From: a virus
Taxonomy: Duplodnaviria > Caudoviricetes
Length of the DNA stretch: 64,000 nucleotides
Strand: one strand, 5' to 3'
Virus record (IMG/VR): IMGVR_UViG_3300017774_007926
Coordinates: 1,560 to 65,559 of that record
Positions 11,001-21,872 of this stretch are shown here, piece after piece. Numbering within the stretch: the first letter of the stretch is position 1; each line of letters starts with the position of its first letter. A program made the translations under genes and the position numbers. The notes under the pieces were generated by a model that was given only the letters and a program-made list of their open reading frames with translations, was not told where the DNA came from and made no database searches.

Positions 11001-14000
11001 TGATTATATCAGATATCAAATATGTAAAATGACTACAGCTAGAGCAAATGAATATTTGAATGCTAAAAATGATCCGTTTTGGAGTTATGATAATTATGAA
11101 TACATGATGAGTGTTAGAGACGGAACATGTAGTAAAAATAAGTTCTTGGTTCCTTCAGTAGATATATCCTCTTTAGGAGCTACAGATTATATCACTGTAG
11201 AAGTTGAGGGAGTAACAGATTTAAGAAATCTACCAGCAATGTTCAACCAGTGGCAAGCTACTGGAAACAGAACACCTTTTAATCCCGGAAACTATAATTT
11301 TACTAAAACGACAGCAAAAGACGCATATGGTTCAGGCTTATTTGCTGCTGATGCTACTCCAATACCAATGAAAAAGCTGTATGCTACAACAAGTTTGGAA
11401 GAAAAGTTTGTATATTTAGAGCCATCTAAATTGTACGGGCCGAGAATTTTAATAGACGCTCCAGGATTAACTCTTGGATTTTCAAGTAACGAGTATTCTA
11501 AAGACCCGAATAGAACAGTATTATCTAATATAGCAGCAGAGGATCTATCTATTTATTTGCATTCTGTAAGTCCAAATCAATGGGATTATGAATGGATAAG
11601 ATTTATGTTATTTTATACTACTCCTATTGCTGGTTTGGATAGTTATATGATAGGAAACTATGCTGCCTCATCCAACCAATCAGCAAATTTCGTAGAAATT
11701 GCTCCAAAAGTTGCTCATCCATTTTTTGCCGGAATCCCCATAAAATCTAATCAATATAGCTATGGGCCCTGGACTAACTATCCGTATAGACAAAGAGATA
11801 GTATTTTTACAGCCGGAAATAACGTTACAACTAGCGACTCAATCCCACCATCTTGTACAATATCTCCTGTTATAGTGGGCTTGGCAGAAGCAAGAAAGGC
11901 TATAGACAACTGGGTACCACCAACGGAGGTTTCAATAGTAGAAGATTTTGTTCCGTGGAATTATGGAGGAATGGTATTTTTAGACTCTGCTGCACAAAAT
12001 GAGATAGAAAAAAAGCTTAATTATCAATCAGTAATCGAAACTGCTCAAATAGATATTCCTAAACTACCAATATTTAGTTTGGGTGGAGCTTTTACAACGG
12101 GTATGTTGGATCCGATATCTCCAATGACAGGAGAGCTATCTATTTCATATATAGACTTTAAGGATGATGATTCTTACTCTAGGGTTTTAGCGATATTGCC
12201 AATAAATAGCGGATCTATTATACCTCAGCCACCAAAAATTGCATCTAAAAATTTAGACTATAAGGTTTTTGTTGTAACTGGAATATCTGTGTATACGGAA
12301 GGTCCTATCATAAGCAATATACAAACCTCAATCGGTCAAGGAGGTATAACAACAACATATCACTTTAGAACATACACACAAAAACTAGGACTTTTTAACA
12401 AACAGGCTAATGATAGACTAAAAAAATTAGGCACCGAAGGATTCAAGAGAAATAAGAAAATTGCTAGTGTACAACAACAAACTTCCAATATTCTAAATGT
12501 CCAAAATAAATTTTTACAAGAAAAGCGTATAGAGAATGCTTCTTTCAGTGGGAAGGATTTGAGTAGTAAACTTTTTGGATGGAGTCCCAGCACAGTATTA
12601 ATCGGTCAGGCTAACCCTTATATTAGGTGTCCAGACCGAGAAAGCCCATATCTTGAGCCATCAGGACTATATAGTCAAGTTACAGGATTAGACCTTTCTG
12701 GTGCGACTAGACCATCCGGATTTATTTGGAATCCTGGAAAAGATAGAGGAACCTATAGCGGAGTTATGAATAGTGGATATCTAACGGATGACCTGTCTTC
12801 TGTTGCTTTAAACTCCACACTAAGATATAAAACTAATGTTGGATTGTACCAATTAAAAGAAGTAGATGCTCAGATAAAAAAAGATCACGGACTACAATCA
12901 ATGATGAGTATTGATGGTATTTTTTCTCCAGTCTCTTTTTATCCAACCTTTAAAAACAGCACTTATAATTATACCCTGTATGATACTTATACTTGTCCAT
13001 TCTGTAAGGGCTCTAAAAAAATACTTACCGATTATGTCTTTAAAAAGAAAGACGGAAACTCACAAGCATATAAAGACATAAAAATATACTGTGATAAATG
13101 TTGTAGAGCCAGTGAGAATCCTGTTGCAATGCTTAAAAGCACACAAACAACATCTTCCTCAACACAGTCAATAGAAACCCTACCTCCGTATATTATAACT
13201 AGCGGAACAGATATAACAGCTCTAGATTTTATTAAAAAAGCAGGAGCTTCAGTGTCGGCATTAACAACAGCTGCTGCTTCGTCAACATCCTCCTCAACAT
13301 CAACTATTGGCGTAACAATACCTATCAATTTAGCCACATTAAATCCTATAGTTGTTCCTTATGGTATTTTAGCGAATACTAATGTTCAGTTATATAGTGG
13401 TGCTCATCCTGATGGTAGCGGTGTTCATGGAGATTTGTCTATAGGCATATATTCTTCAGCTAATCCGAGAATGTTTCACGATAGATGTAGACACAGTATA
13501 GAGATAGTTGGAAGAGGAGCAGTTAAGCCAAAAAATATCGATATTAATAATAGTATTGATTATTATATGGGCAGAAAATTTATCGGCAAACCTCAAAATC
13601 AGCCAGATTTTTATTACGATGATTTATTGTTGACAAAAAAAAGAAAAGAGATGGAAGGGATCGACGTAGATTATCAAATGAATCAAAGATTCATTGGTCT
13701 TAGAGGCCCTTTGGTAATGCATGGTTGGGGCTATGATCTTGAGGGATATCCTGTTCCTAATGCTGCTGATGAGCCTTACCAGGTTGATAAATTTAGTAGA
13801 CCAAGAAGATTTAAGCTTTTATTAAGAGCAGAAAATACAACAGTTAATAAAAAATATGAAGATGTATCAGATAATAAATTCGTGTTCAGATTTACCACTG
13901 CGACCATGACTGTATTGCAGGCGATATTGACATGGGCTTTTCCTGAGCCCGATCCCGAGGACGAAGTGCCTGTAGATCCGCCAGAGTTAAGCGACATAGA

Positions 14001-14919
14001 AGTTGTTATTCTCCAGAAGTGTTATTTTTTGGTTAATAATAATTTAGATTGGGTTAAAAACTTTCAATTGGACGTTTTTTGTATTGACGAATTGCAATAC
14101 GTAAAAAATTTGATCGAACGTTCTAGCGCATCATCTGCTCCTAGAGATTTTAGTTTTAATGTATTTGAAGTAATATATGAAACAAATATGGAGCATGTTG
14201 GCGGTTTCATGGATGATAATACCGCTTATCCAAACGATAAAACAGCAGGATTTCAGGGACCAGTAATTAGTAAAACGCAAAGATGGAAAGTTAAAGCTAC
14301 AAATGCTTATGAAGATCCTCCAGCAACAACCCCAGGGAAGTGGACAGACAAGCAGAAATTAAGAGATTTCTATTTGAATTGGGCAGAGCGCACTGACTTA
14401 TGGCCTGTTGGTCCGATAGATCTGAGATGGGACGAGAGCAGAAGAGTATGGACAACTAAATCATCGGACGCTGCATCTCTATATAAAATGGTTTACGTAA
14501 CCTTAGAAGAAGATTTAGTAAGAGATGACGGTATGGATGAAACATATCCGGCAAGGGGTTTCTTGGACGATCTAGAGTATTCAACAGAGCCACTAGCTGC
14601 TGGATTAAGAAGATTAGTTTTTGTAAAAGACAAGGCTGGATTTAGCGCTCCAAGAGGAGCAAAGTTATTGTGTAGATACGATAAAGACAGTGGATTTTAC
14701 GAGGCAGTTAGCAAACCGGCATTTATAGCTAAGGGAACTATCGCCCCGGGATCAAATCAGGCAACCCTAGAAATGTCTTATGCTCCAGGGAAAAAACGAG
14801 GAGAAGCGTATCCTACAATGTTGGTTCTTTTTGAAAATCCATTTAATTTATCAGCAGCTGGCGGTAACGGTTTATTTACATATATTAATGGGAAATGGAC
14901 ACTAACAACAAGCGCTTAA
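8029..14919 (+). CDS. Giant putative tail/baseplate protein
   Basis: 2296-aa ORF tightly coupled to its neighbours; contains CPFC...CDKCC cysteine cluster. Confidence 0.55.
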   Translation: MATQRCNSYDKIIAQTLFLGASVSNFNVSKGWGGQASQLTVNLVDDKNPFACLVGRGTSSAAISKQFPKSVDEGKPIDNRDLSPAVDTYIGIPTQELIAKLKLSSFDLPNHYYDCSGINCYIDTTGIAATTGTAATPGNPPIPGIPGTKLEDLMVPGKVFYEFISNYAEPTGVFSKYWLNSDPGFFGKPNRISIDGTLITKYQSDNSNLNKGYDIINTPVYFKMGDFAFGGVVQSWSSSLNSGGENYTVNIAGFESVLSNCYVILDSFAGAVYSRTTSTKPGTDNSFAGPRNYIGRESVDYYGPISSGNMPNVFNVYGFLESLGQGGFGGANINQDGISANKIVDALSVLTSSTVNSSPSFFSDMDQGAPKDIYRDFGSKSAFSPFGRILVKTMQEFDTYNPVGTGFTRFGIIPPTLSYTSTRPATTQNPIQDNYCQFVLDLSELPRTPNDYRIAGPVISIMDLINQITEESGYDYSISYYPTFFNNVLYNVIKVHTISRLSQPKTNNIENTIKLLQCQGYPISSVQVGKEKNETKARQMILGGKQQRLYQAKSLRLAYSQNTYILNPITYQFVDFMRMGSWKPDNSRTREPGSGVSDWYHHGKIKFPSFLSTRNVDLSAIINPAYSGFYEYQNKLQDEITTISGTFNTLDSKFSDANNLGSNQFNPIQGNYGSANIVKQSGLEPATASANITTGAWGSDSNERFFPIYMDVISPFFGFAMESEITVDTGSGNNNDFRKLRPVFFDTWTGQLVILLGIFELPTTSVNLEGLYSSRGQSYFTLTENEMRAAIAGFENFLVYSLSKTYKNDIIEMVRGAFQKKKYDEYLATGEYTADQALQASMDATDWYWKLTNSNIAGPFGQTIETAGDKGDGSATIDPEALKDLQIIHNFINDIAKYYGKKYMVHAPSLRSYRDDQFADVVLSTQVGDAYVFSGGGNLHYNYEPTNDGAWEEYGNIIDDTIAVGSTNWYNITDDVGKIKPIVGYNISENFDYIRYQICKMTTARANEYLNAKNDPFWSYDNYEYMMSVRDGTCSKNKFLVPSVDISSLGATDYITVEVEGVTDLRNLPAMFNQWQATGNRTPFNPGNYNFTKTTAKDAYGSGLFAADATPIPMKKLYATTSLEEKFVYLEPSKLYGPRILIDAPGLTLGFSSNEYSKDPNRTVLSNIAAEDLSIYLHSVSPNQWDYEWIRFMLFYTTPIAGLDSYMIGNYAASSNQSANFVEIAPKVAHPFFAGIPIKSNQYSYGPWTNYPYRQRDSIFTAGNNVTTSDSIPPSCTISPVIVGLAEARKAIDNWVPPTEVSIVEDFVPWNYGGMVFLDSAAQNEIEKKLNYQSVIETAQIDIPKLPIFSLGGAFTTGMLDPISPMTGELSISYIDFKDDDSYSRVLAILPINSGSIIPQPPKIASKNLDYKVFVVTGISVYTEGPIISNIQTSIGQGGITTTYHFRTYTQKLGLFNKQANDRLKKLGTEGFKRNKKIASVQQQTSNILNVQNKFLQEKRIENASFSGKDLSSKLFGWSPSTVLIGQANPYIRCPDRESPYLEPSGLYSQVTGLDLSGATRPSGFIWNPGKDRGTYSGVMNSGYLTDDLSSVALNSTLRYKTNVGLYQLKEVDAQIKKDHGLQSMMSIDGIFSPVSFYPTFKNSTYNYTLYDTYTCPFCKGSKKILTDYVFKKKDGNSQAYKDIKIYCDKCCRASENPVAMLKSTQTTSSSTQSIETLPPYIITSGTDITALDFIKKAGASVSALTTAAASSTSSSTSTIGVTIPINLATLNPIVVPYGILANTNVQLYSGAHPDGSGVHGDLSIGIYSSANPRMFHDRCRHSIEIVGRGAVKPKNIDINNSIDYYMGRKFIGKPQNQPDFYYDDLLLTKKRKEMEGIDVDYQMNQRFIGLRGPLVMHGWGYDLEGYPVPNAADEPYQVDKFSRPRRFKLLLRAENTTVNKKYEDVSDNKFVFRFTTATMTVLQAILTWAFPEPDPEDEVPVDPPELSDIEVVILQKCYFLVNNNLDWVKNFQLDVFCIDELQYVKNLIERSSASSAPRDFSFNVFEVIYETNMEHVGGFMDDNTAYPNDKTAGFQGPVISKTQRWKVKATNAYEDPPATTPGKWTDKQKLRDFYLNWAERTDLWPVGPIDLRWDESRRVWTTKSSDAASLYKMVYVTLEEDLVRDDGMDETYPARGFLDDLEYSTEPLAAGLRRLVFVKDKAGFSAPRGAKLLCRYDKDSGFYEAVSKPAFIAKGTIAPGSNQATLEMSYAPGKKRGEAYPTMLVLFENPFNLSAAGGNGLFTYINGKWTLTTSA

Positions 14920-14920
14920 T

Positions 14921-17900
14921 ATGTATAAGATAAATAATACTAAAAAGTGTGATATTTTTAATAATTCTTTCTTTCAAGATTTGGAACAATATCGATTAAT
15001 AGACGATATAAATGGAGATGTCTATATAAAATACGAATCAGAAACTGGGGTGAAACCAGTATCAGTAAGGATGGAAGCGGTTATTGGACTCATAGATAAT
15101 AGTGTCGATACTGAAGTTTGGACACCCGTGCTCATGACCGGAGAAAGTTTCTTAGGATACAAACCATTTTTTGGTAGACAGCAAATACAAAATACTATAT
15201 TAGGAGTAGAAAACGCTGTAAGTTTTGAATCAAAATTTAAAAGCTGGAATACTGAATTACCTTCGCCATCAGGCACAGGATTTAAAAGTATAGACATGAG
15301 CTCTAATTGGTTTATATCATCTATGAGCACAACGATCAAGCCAGAATACGGCTTATTGTTCTGGTATAAAAAAAATAGCGCTCCATATAGTAGTAGTGGC
15401 ACTCTTGACTATGAAGACATACCGATAGGAACAACAGTATCTTGGACTGGATCTTTTTCCTATAGAGATATGAATTTAAGTAGTGGTGATTATGGTGTTA
15501 AGATTAATGATAGAACTATCAGCCTTCTCAATAAAAAATCAGCACTAATACAAAATAGTTCCGGTATAAATGCTACTGGTCTGAATGTTAGTTTTAATAG
15601 CGAAATACAGACTATAAATATTGGACCTCAACCTAGCGGTTCTCATTTTTATGTATTGACAAAAGGAATCAAATATACTCCCGATAATAGTAATAGCGCC
15701 CCATCATTCTACGATCTATGGATTCCAGACGGAGAATGTTTTTCATATTATGAGACCGAAGTTTCTTCGCTAAGGGGGAAAATTAATTTAGAAAATTCTA
15801 ATACCTATATATCTCCCGCATTATATCCCATATACAGAGAAATATATCACACACTAACACTACGCAGACTTCGCGGATCGGCATATGCTTATAATAAAAA
15901 ACAAAGTTTAGCTTTACAAAAACTATGTTATTTCCTTAGTAGTTCTCCGCTGATAGATAGAACTACAATAGATATTTTGAATGACAATGACATACGCTCG
16001 GCTGTAATGACATACATAAATCTTGATATTACAGACATCGGAGACAATACAGATATAAAAGAGCTTAAGAAGATACTAAATATCATCTTTAATAAGTACA
16101 AAAAAATATCAAATCATGTATATAAAAGACATAATAGATTCAATTATGTGCAATCAAAATTAGATTTGGTCAAAAAATTGATAAGTAAATATCCTCCTTT
16201 CTTAAATATAAATACCGATGTCGGTTTAAGTCTCAAAAAACCAATAAGCAATGGGCCTCATGCTTTCTTGTCATTGTCCTCTATTGGCATGTACGATAAA
16301 ACAATACCATTAGCTAGTTCGATATACAATAATAGCTCTATAGAGATTGGAAATATAAAATATATAACAGATATTAGTACTACTGGATCAATTATAACTA
16401 TAGGAGCCAGCGGTTTTCTTACTAGTGGTGTTATTCCATTAGCCGATATATCTTTAAGGGCACCAATAGCAGAAACATTTTATTTGGGTAGTGGAATAAG
16501 AATTTCTAACTTCAACAAGCAGTCTGTTATTAAAACATACGATGTTAATCCAAGTCCAGGAATCGAAGAATATTCATACTTATGGGAAAAAATAAGTGGG
16601 CCAAATTGCTTAAAATTTAAAGACATAAATAAAGCTGGAATAAAGGCATATCAAGTAAGAGCATATCCTACATCATCAGATCCTACTCCAGATATTCATA
16701 TCTACTCTACTGGAACTTATCAAGTTAAAGCAACCAGAACAACAAGCGGAGGAGTTTCACAATCCGACGTATTAAAGATCACCACGTCAGATACTGAACC
16801 ATTAAATTCTACAATAATTCCACCACTACCATCTGGTAATAATAAGATAATAAACGGCGTTTTTAAACAGTTGGCTTTTAATAAAAGAGGTCTTTTATGG
16901 ATAGTAGATTCTGATAATTATTATGACGACGGAGAAACATATGAGGTAAATTTTGATCGTTTGCATGTTACAAAACTTAAAGATGTCCAATTAGACTTTA
17001 ATGTAAATAGTCAACAAATTACATTAATGGATCAAGATGCAAATTTAAAACTATCTTTTTATCCTAATAACACTAAAATATTATTGTTAAGTATGGGGAT
17101 ACAGAATATGAGGGATAGCTATAATAAATATGGTCAATGTAAATCATTCTTTAGAGAGAGAGTTGTAGCAGATAAAAAAATTAAATTAGCAGATAATGAG
17201 GAGCTGGGGGCCTCTAGTTATGTTAGAAAATATAAGAGTACAACAACATTCTATTACCATTCTATAGATGGTAGAATAAATAGTGGCAGCAATAATAAAG
17301 TTTCATACACAACACCTGGGGTCTCAACAACCTTATCTCCAAGTGTTTTACCATACGGAGGGTATGATAGTGAGGTGGTTGAAAATATAGGAATTATTAT
17401 GTCCGGTCATCCTCAACCAGAATCAGTAGAGATGCCAGTTCTTTTATCTAGAAACGATTATTCTCTAATCCCTGGAACGGGAGCTAAGTATTGTCATCTA
17501 AAAGAAGTTGCTCAAGCGGGCAGTGGGCATTATGTTGAATTTAAAAGAGGTCATTTTCATCCTAGTTCTGGGTGGATAAAGGATAACGGTAGTTTCAATC
17601 ATGTAAACCAGTCATGTGTGATATCTAATAATCTTGATAGACAAAAATCTTTTGTTTTTAGTGGACCAGGATTAGTAAATCTTAAACCATCTCTTGATGG
17701 ACAGAATATAGTATACCAGTCTACAATAGTATTAAATGAAAATTTATTGACACCCGATATTACTTTAGCTAATAAGTATGGGTTTAGCTCTATAAAATGG
17801 AATAATCTTGATTATGATAATTTAAACAATAGTCCGAATATTCCAATTCAAGAACAAAGTAATAACAGCTTAATATCTAATGGGTGCTTAACTTCTTCTA

Positions 17901-20900
17901 TAACTTATGGGCTGCCATCAACAGGCATTTCTCATTTGAGAATAAAAGACCTTGAAGTTAAGTTAAATTTTTTGAACTATGTTAATCCCAAGAATTTAGT
18001 GGTGTGGTTAGATGTTAAAAATCCTAACTATTCGAAAGATTCTTTGCAGAAAGATACTAAGTTTTTTAACAGACTATTCGCTGGACCTAATTTTATCTCT
18101 TATAGAAATACTACTGATCAATATTTATCAGCATTAGGAAATATGAATACAGGAAATGCTATACCAACAAATGGAATTGGTAGACTATATTTATTAAATC
18201 AAGAACACATATCTAATTATACTAATAATTTTACTTTTAAATTTTCCGATCATGCTAACAAATATATTACTACGTCTAACAATATAGATAATAGTTATGT
18301 TAGATCTCCTTTAAAAGAACAATTAAATAACTATGGATTAATACAACCAACAGTTGCAGCTACTGGATATGATGATATAAGTTTTCAAATCTATAACAAT
18401 ATTATTAAGACCAATAAACTTAATAGAGTAGGTAATTCATTTACTAAATTTTACAATATACCATTAACAGGTACTGAATTTACAATCAATTTTTCTTTTA
18501 TTGATCCAATAGACTATACTAATACTATTTTAGATAATCTGCTAATTAATGATAATGTTGCCGGATTATTGTCTACTGAGCACAAAAACTATTCATCTTC
18601 GATATCGAACAGCTTATGTAGCTGGGAGATCATCATACATACTGATGATATTGTCCAACCTGTAGCTAAAGACGTTTTAGGATATATAGACTATTCTGCT
18701 TTTTCTCCATTATCAAATACGTATAATACTTCTAGCGGTGTCAATTTTATTGGAGATTTTACAAACAAGAATCATCTGATACCTAGTGTTAATTTTAATG
18801 CTCCTTATCCATACCTTGCTAATGTCAATAATTGTTTTAATTGTGATCCGGATATGTATCGAGGGATATCTAGTCAATTACCAACATTTCCTTCTCTTTT
18901 GCCATATACTATGTTGGGCGCTGCTCTTGGTTTTGCTGGTGCGGTTGGAGGTCTCGCGGCACTAGCTACGGTAAGTGCCTTTATGGCTAATGGAGGTCGT
19001 GCAGATCCTATCGTTAATTATTTTACAGATGTTAGATTCTTAAATCAAACTATAGCTAGTGATGCCCAATACTACAAACCAATATACTCGAATTTGTCTT
19101 TTGGAGATGCCGATACCGCTATAGTGTGTGCGAGTAACGATGGTGCTAATTGGTTTTATTTTGAAGCTCCTATATTTAGATATATAAATACTCCAGCTTT
19201 ATCCAAAAATAAATACAAATTCATAAAATTAGCACAAGATAATATTCCAGCACTATCTCATTTTGATTATACTGTAGTTAATGGGTATGAAGATTTAAAA
19301 CTATCTTCTGCTATTCAATCGACAACAGCGAATATAAATGGATTATTTGGTACCGGCATTAAATTAGCTGATATGGCTCCTTTCTATGAAAATGATATAG
19401 TTTACGTTAAGAATCAAACAGATCCAGCTCAGAATGGATATTATGTTATTAACCAATCATCTTGGGATAAAATACCTTTCTTTCAAAATCCAATATTCTT
19501 ACAGAATAATTATGATACTTATTGGGCATCTAATGATATAGGAACTCCTACAACTGATAAGAGACAAATTTTGATAAATGGTACGCGAGCATTTGATTTT
19601 TTTGATATCGATGATAATATAAAAATATCTGATGTTGAAGATAATAACATATACGTAGAAAACAAATATCTATTATCTACTACAGAAGGTAATAAAACTA
19701 TGTTTACATTGAGTTCTGGTTTAACATTAAATGGATATATTACAAAATCAAGTGGCCGAGCTGATGTGTTATTCTTGTATAAGGACGATGTTACTACGAG
19801 AACATCAGAAAATTTTCCTATTAATAATTGGGCCTTTAGTAATAGTTTAGCAGAATCTTTTGGTCCTATAAATCCAGAATCACATATTAGCACATATAGC
19901 GAAGGAAGTATAGGATGGGGAACAGATAAATTAGTTCAAGATAAATTATATACAATAAGTCCAGATTATAATAAAGAACAAAACATTAAAGATATTTTTA
20001 ATAACCAGATTAATGACAGGTTAAAATTTAATCATGTAGATATTGTTGATGTTTCAGGTACTGTGTATCCTTTTGACTTTACTGGAGATCCTATAGCCGG
20101 GGTTTTCCCCTACAGAAATAAATTAAGGGGTTGGTCTTATACTAAAAATGATCTTAGGTATGTTTTTGAAAATAATGATACTACTTTTAGCAAAGACATA
20201 ATAGAAAATCAGCTTATCAAAAATTTAAGATCAACATCTTTTGCAGATAAGTCAGAGCCGTTCGCTATATGTCTTAAATCTGGACAGTTTACTAGCATTC
20301 CTTTTTCTGGTGAAATCTATATAGAAAATGACTATACTAGAAATAACATAATAAATTTTAGTCAACAAGATAAAGATATAATTCGCAATAGACTAGACCT
20401 ACTTTGTACTGGTATAATACCGTCTAGCTTAAAATACTATAATGACCTATCTAATGATCCGGTATCTTGTCTTAGTCAACAAACGTATGATACGGGTGTC
20501 TGTTTAAAGACAGAAGCAAAACAATCTTTGGTTAATTTTACAAGAGAAAAAACAAATCTGCAGATGGCCCTATCTTTATGTGGAACATCTGACATTTTGA
20601 TGCCATATATTTCTGGAAGCATAAGCGTAAAGACTGGACCAAATTTACCACCAGAAGCTAGTGGGGTTACAGTATCATATAAAGAAAATAGAGACTTATA
20701 CTGGATTCATATTGACCCAGAAAAACCCTGTAGACTAGCTGAAGAAATTTCCATAAAAATACCATACAAAACTACTTACGAGATAGGAAATATAGTTGGA
20801 AATTATGATGGTGGAGACTCACAGATCTCACCACCTAATGGAGCAAATATAACTAATGGAATAAATGAAAATCTTGTTATAGCTGGAGATAAGATTGAAT

Positions 20901-21871
20901 ATACAACAAGTCAAGCTGATATAATATCAAAAATTAATGAGTATAGTAAATTATATCCAAATATTGTCTGGTCTAATTCTCCTCCTCTTTTATGGGATCA
21001 ATCAGAAAATCTTGTTTATGGAGATTTAAACCTTAAAACAGGAGCAAGTAAAAAACTTATCATTTCTTTAGGAGATAATACTAAGGACAATGTTATACAG
21101 ATGAGAGAAGAGTATATACGACCGATAGGCAGCAGAGCAAATGCTTTTGGTAATAAAAAAATAAAAGACGTTCTAAATTTGACAGATACTCTCAAAATCA
21201 AGTTTAGAAATATGCCAAGAAAGATTAAAAGTATTGATTCTGAAAGGTATACTAAGTATACTTTTGATAAAAATGGTAATCTAGTAAAGCCACCAGGATC
21301 AACGTTTAGTTCTGTCGGTCAATTAGCTAATAACTTTGTTTGCTGGCATTGTATAAATCCATCTGGTCAATATGTTGCTCCTAGTGATTTTATGGTACTA
21401 CAAAATGAGATGCTTTATAGAGGATTTTTTGGCAGTGTAGACGGAATAGAGAATAAAAATACAGAATATATGGATACTTTAGAAGCCTGGGAATGGATAC
21501 CTTATGAATATTATTCAGACGATGTGGTTAGAAGAGGAGCCAATTTTGACAAAATTACATTGATATTTAAGGCTGGAGGTGCAGATGGACATGTATGCGA
21601 TGCGGCTAAATTTCGTTGTTTAATTAACGATTCTGATATGGGTGAAATTAATTTAGATAACTTAAGAGACGGACTTGAAAAAACCGTTGTTTTAATAATT
21701 TATGGTACTCAATTCCCAAATACTAGATTTTTACGAATAAAACTAGTGTGTGACTATGGGATAGGACAATGTCACAAAGACCTAACAAGACTTATCGCTT
21801 ATGATAGTACAGGCTTTCAATTATTCAATGGAAAACTTGGAGACAGTGAAAAAACTATCAGGGCTTTTTAA
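14921..21871 (+). CDS. Giant putative virion protein with PKD-like and P-domain-like segments
   Basis: 2316-aa ORF; YSYLWEKISGP (PKD/Ig-like), IKDLEVKLN...LVVWLD (P-domain-like), VKNQTDPAQNGYYV (phage fibre-like motif). Confidence 0.55.
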   Translation: MYKINNTKKCDIFNNSFFQDLEQYRLIDDINGDVYIKYESETGVKPVSVRMEAVIGLIDNSVDTEVWTPVLMTGESFLGYKPFFGRQQIQNTILGVENAVSFESKFKSWNTELPSPSGTGFKSIDMSSNWFISSMSTTIKPEYGLLFWYKKNSAPYSSSGTLDYEDIPIGTTVSWTGSFSYRDMNLSSGDYGVKINDRTISLLNKKSALIQNSSGINATGLNVSFNSEIQTINIGPQPSGSHFYVLTKGIKYTPDNSNSAPSFYDLWIPDGECFSYYETEVSSLRGKINLENSNTYISPALYPIYREIYHTLTLRRLRGSAYAYNKKQSLALQKLCYFLSSSPLIDRTTIDILNDNDIRSAVMTYINLDITDIGDNTDIKELKKILNIIFNKYKKISNHVYKRHNRFNYVQSKLDLVKKLISKYPPFLNINTDVGLSLKKPISNGPHAFLSLSSIGMYDKTIPLASSIYNNSSIEIGNIKYITDISTTGSIITIGASGFLTSGVIPLADISLRAPIAETFYLGSGIRISNFNKQSVIKTYDVNPSPGIEEYSYLWEKISGPNCLKFKDINKAGIKAYQVRAYPTSSDPTPDIHIYSTGTYQVKATRTTSGGVSQSDVLKITTSDTEPLNSTIIPPLPSGNNKIINGVFKQLAFNKRGLLWIVDSDNYYDDGETYEVNFDRLHVTKLKDVQLDFNVNSQQITLMDQDANLKLSFYPNNTKILLLSMGIQNMRDSYNKYGQCKSFFRERVVADKKIKLADNEELGASSYVRKYKSTTTFYYHSIDGRINSGSNNKVSYTTPGVSTTLSPSVLPYGGYDSEVVENIGIIMSGHPQPESVEMPVLLSRNDYSLIPGTGAKYCHLKEVAQAGSGHYVEFKRGHFHPSSGWIKDNGSFNHVNQSCVISNNLDRQKSFVFSGPGLVNLKPSLDGQNIVYQSTIVLNENLLTPDITLANKYGFSSIKWNNLDYDNLNNSPNIPIQEQSNNSLISNGCLTSSITYGLPSTGISHLRIKDLEVKLNFLNYVNPKNLVVWLDVKNPNYSKDSLQKDTKFFNRLFAGPNFISYRNTTDQYLSALGNMNTGNAIPTNGIGRLYLLNQEHISNYTNNFTFKFSDHANKYITTSNNIDNSYVRSPLKEQLNNYGLIQPTVAATGYDDISFQIYNNIIKTNKLNRVGNSFTKFYNIPLTGTEFTINFSFIDPIDYTNTILDNLLINDNVAGLLSTEHKNYSSSISNSLCSWEIIIHTDDIVQPVAKDVLGYIDYSAFSPLSNTYNTSSGVNFIGDFTNKNHLIPSVNFNAPYPYLANVNNCFNCDPDMYRGISSQLPTFPSLLPYTMLGAALGFAGAVGGLAALATVSAFMANGGRADPIVNYFTDVRFLNQTIASDAQYYKPIYSNLSFGDADTAIVCASNDGANWFYFEAPIFRYINTPALSKNKYKFIKLAQDNIPALSHFDYTVVNGYEDLKLSSAIQSTTANINGLFGTGIKLADMAPFYENDIVYVKNQTDPAQNGYYVINQSSWDKIPFFQNPIFLQNNYDTYWASNDIGTPTTDKRQILINGTRAFDFFDIDDNIKISDVEDNNIYVENKYLLSTTEGNKTMFTLSSGLTLNGYITKSSGRADVLFLYKDDVTTRTSENFPINNWAFSNSLAESFGPINPESHISTYSEGSIGWGTDKLVQDKLYTISPDYNKEQNIKDIFNNQINDRLKFNHVDIVDVSGTVYPFDFTGDPIAGVFPYRNKLRGWSYTKNDLRYVFENNDTTFSKDIIENQLIKNLRSTSFADKSEPFAICLKSGQFTSIPFSGEIYIENDYTRNNIINFSQQDKDIIRNRLDLLCTGIIPSSLKYYNDLSNDPVSCLSQQTYDTGVCLKTEAKQSLVNFTREKTNLQMALSLCGTSDILMPYISGSISVKTGPNLPPEASGVTVSYKENRDLYWIHIDPEKPCRLAEEISIKIPYKTTYEIGNIVGNYDGGDSQISPPNGANITNGINENLVIAGDKIEYTTSQADIISKINEYSKLYPNIVWSNSPPLLWDQSENLVYGDLNLKTGASKKLIISLGDNTKDNVIQMREEYIRPIGSRANAFGNKKIKDVLNLTDTLKIKFRNMPRKIKSIDSERYTKYTFDKNGNLVKPPGSTFSSVGQLANNFVCWHCINPSGQYVAPSDFMVLQNEMLYRGFFGSVDGIENKNTEYMDTLEAWEWIPYEYYSDDVVRRGANFDKITLIFKAGGADGHVCDAAKFRCLINDSDMGEINLDNLRDGLEKTVVLIIYGTQFPNTRFLRIKLVCDYGIGQCHKDLTRLIAYDSTGFQLFNGKLGDSEKTIRAF

Positions 21872-21872
21872 A

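Noticed and set aside
13890-14000. Local GC rise in the 2296-aa gene
   Set aside because: It is short and largely explained by Pro/Glu/Asp codons (PEPDPEDEVPVDPPE).
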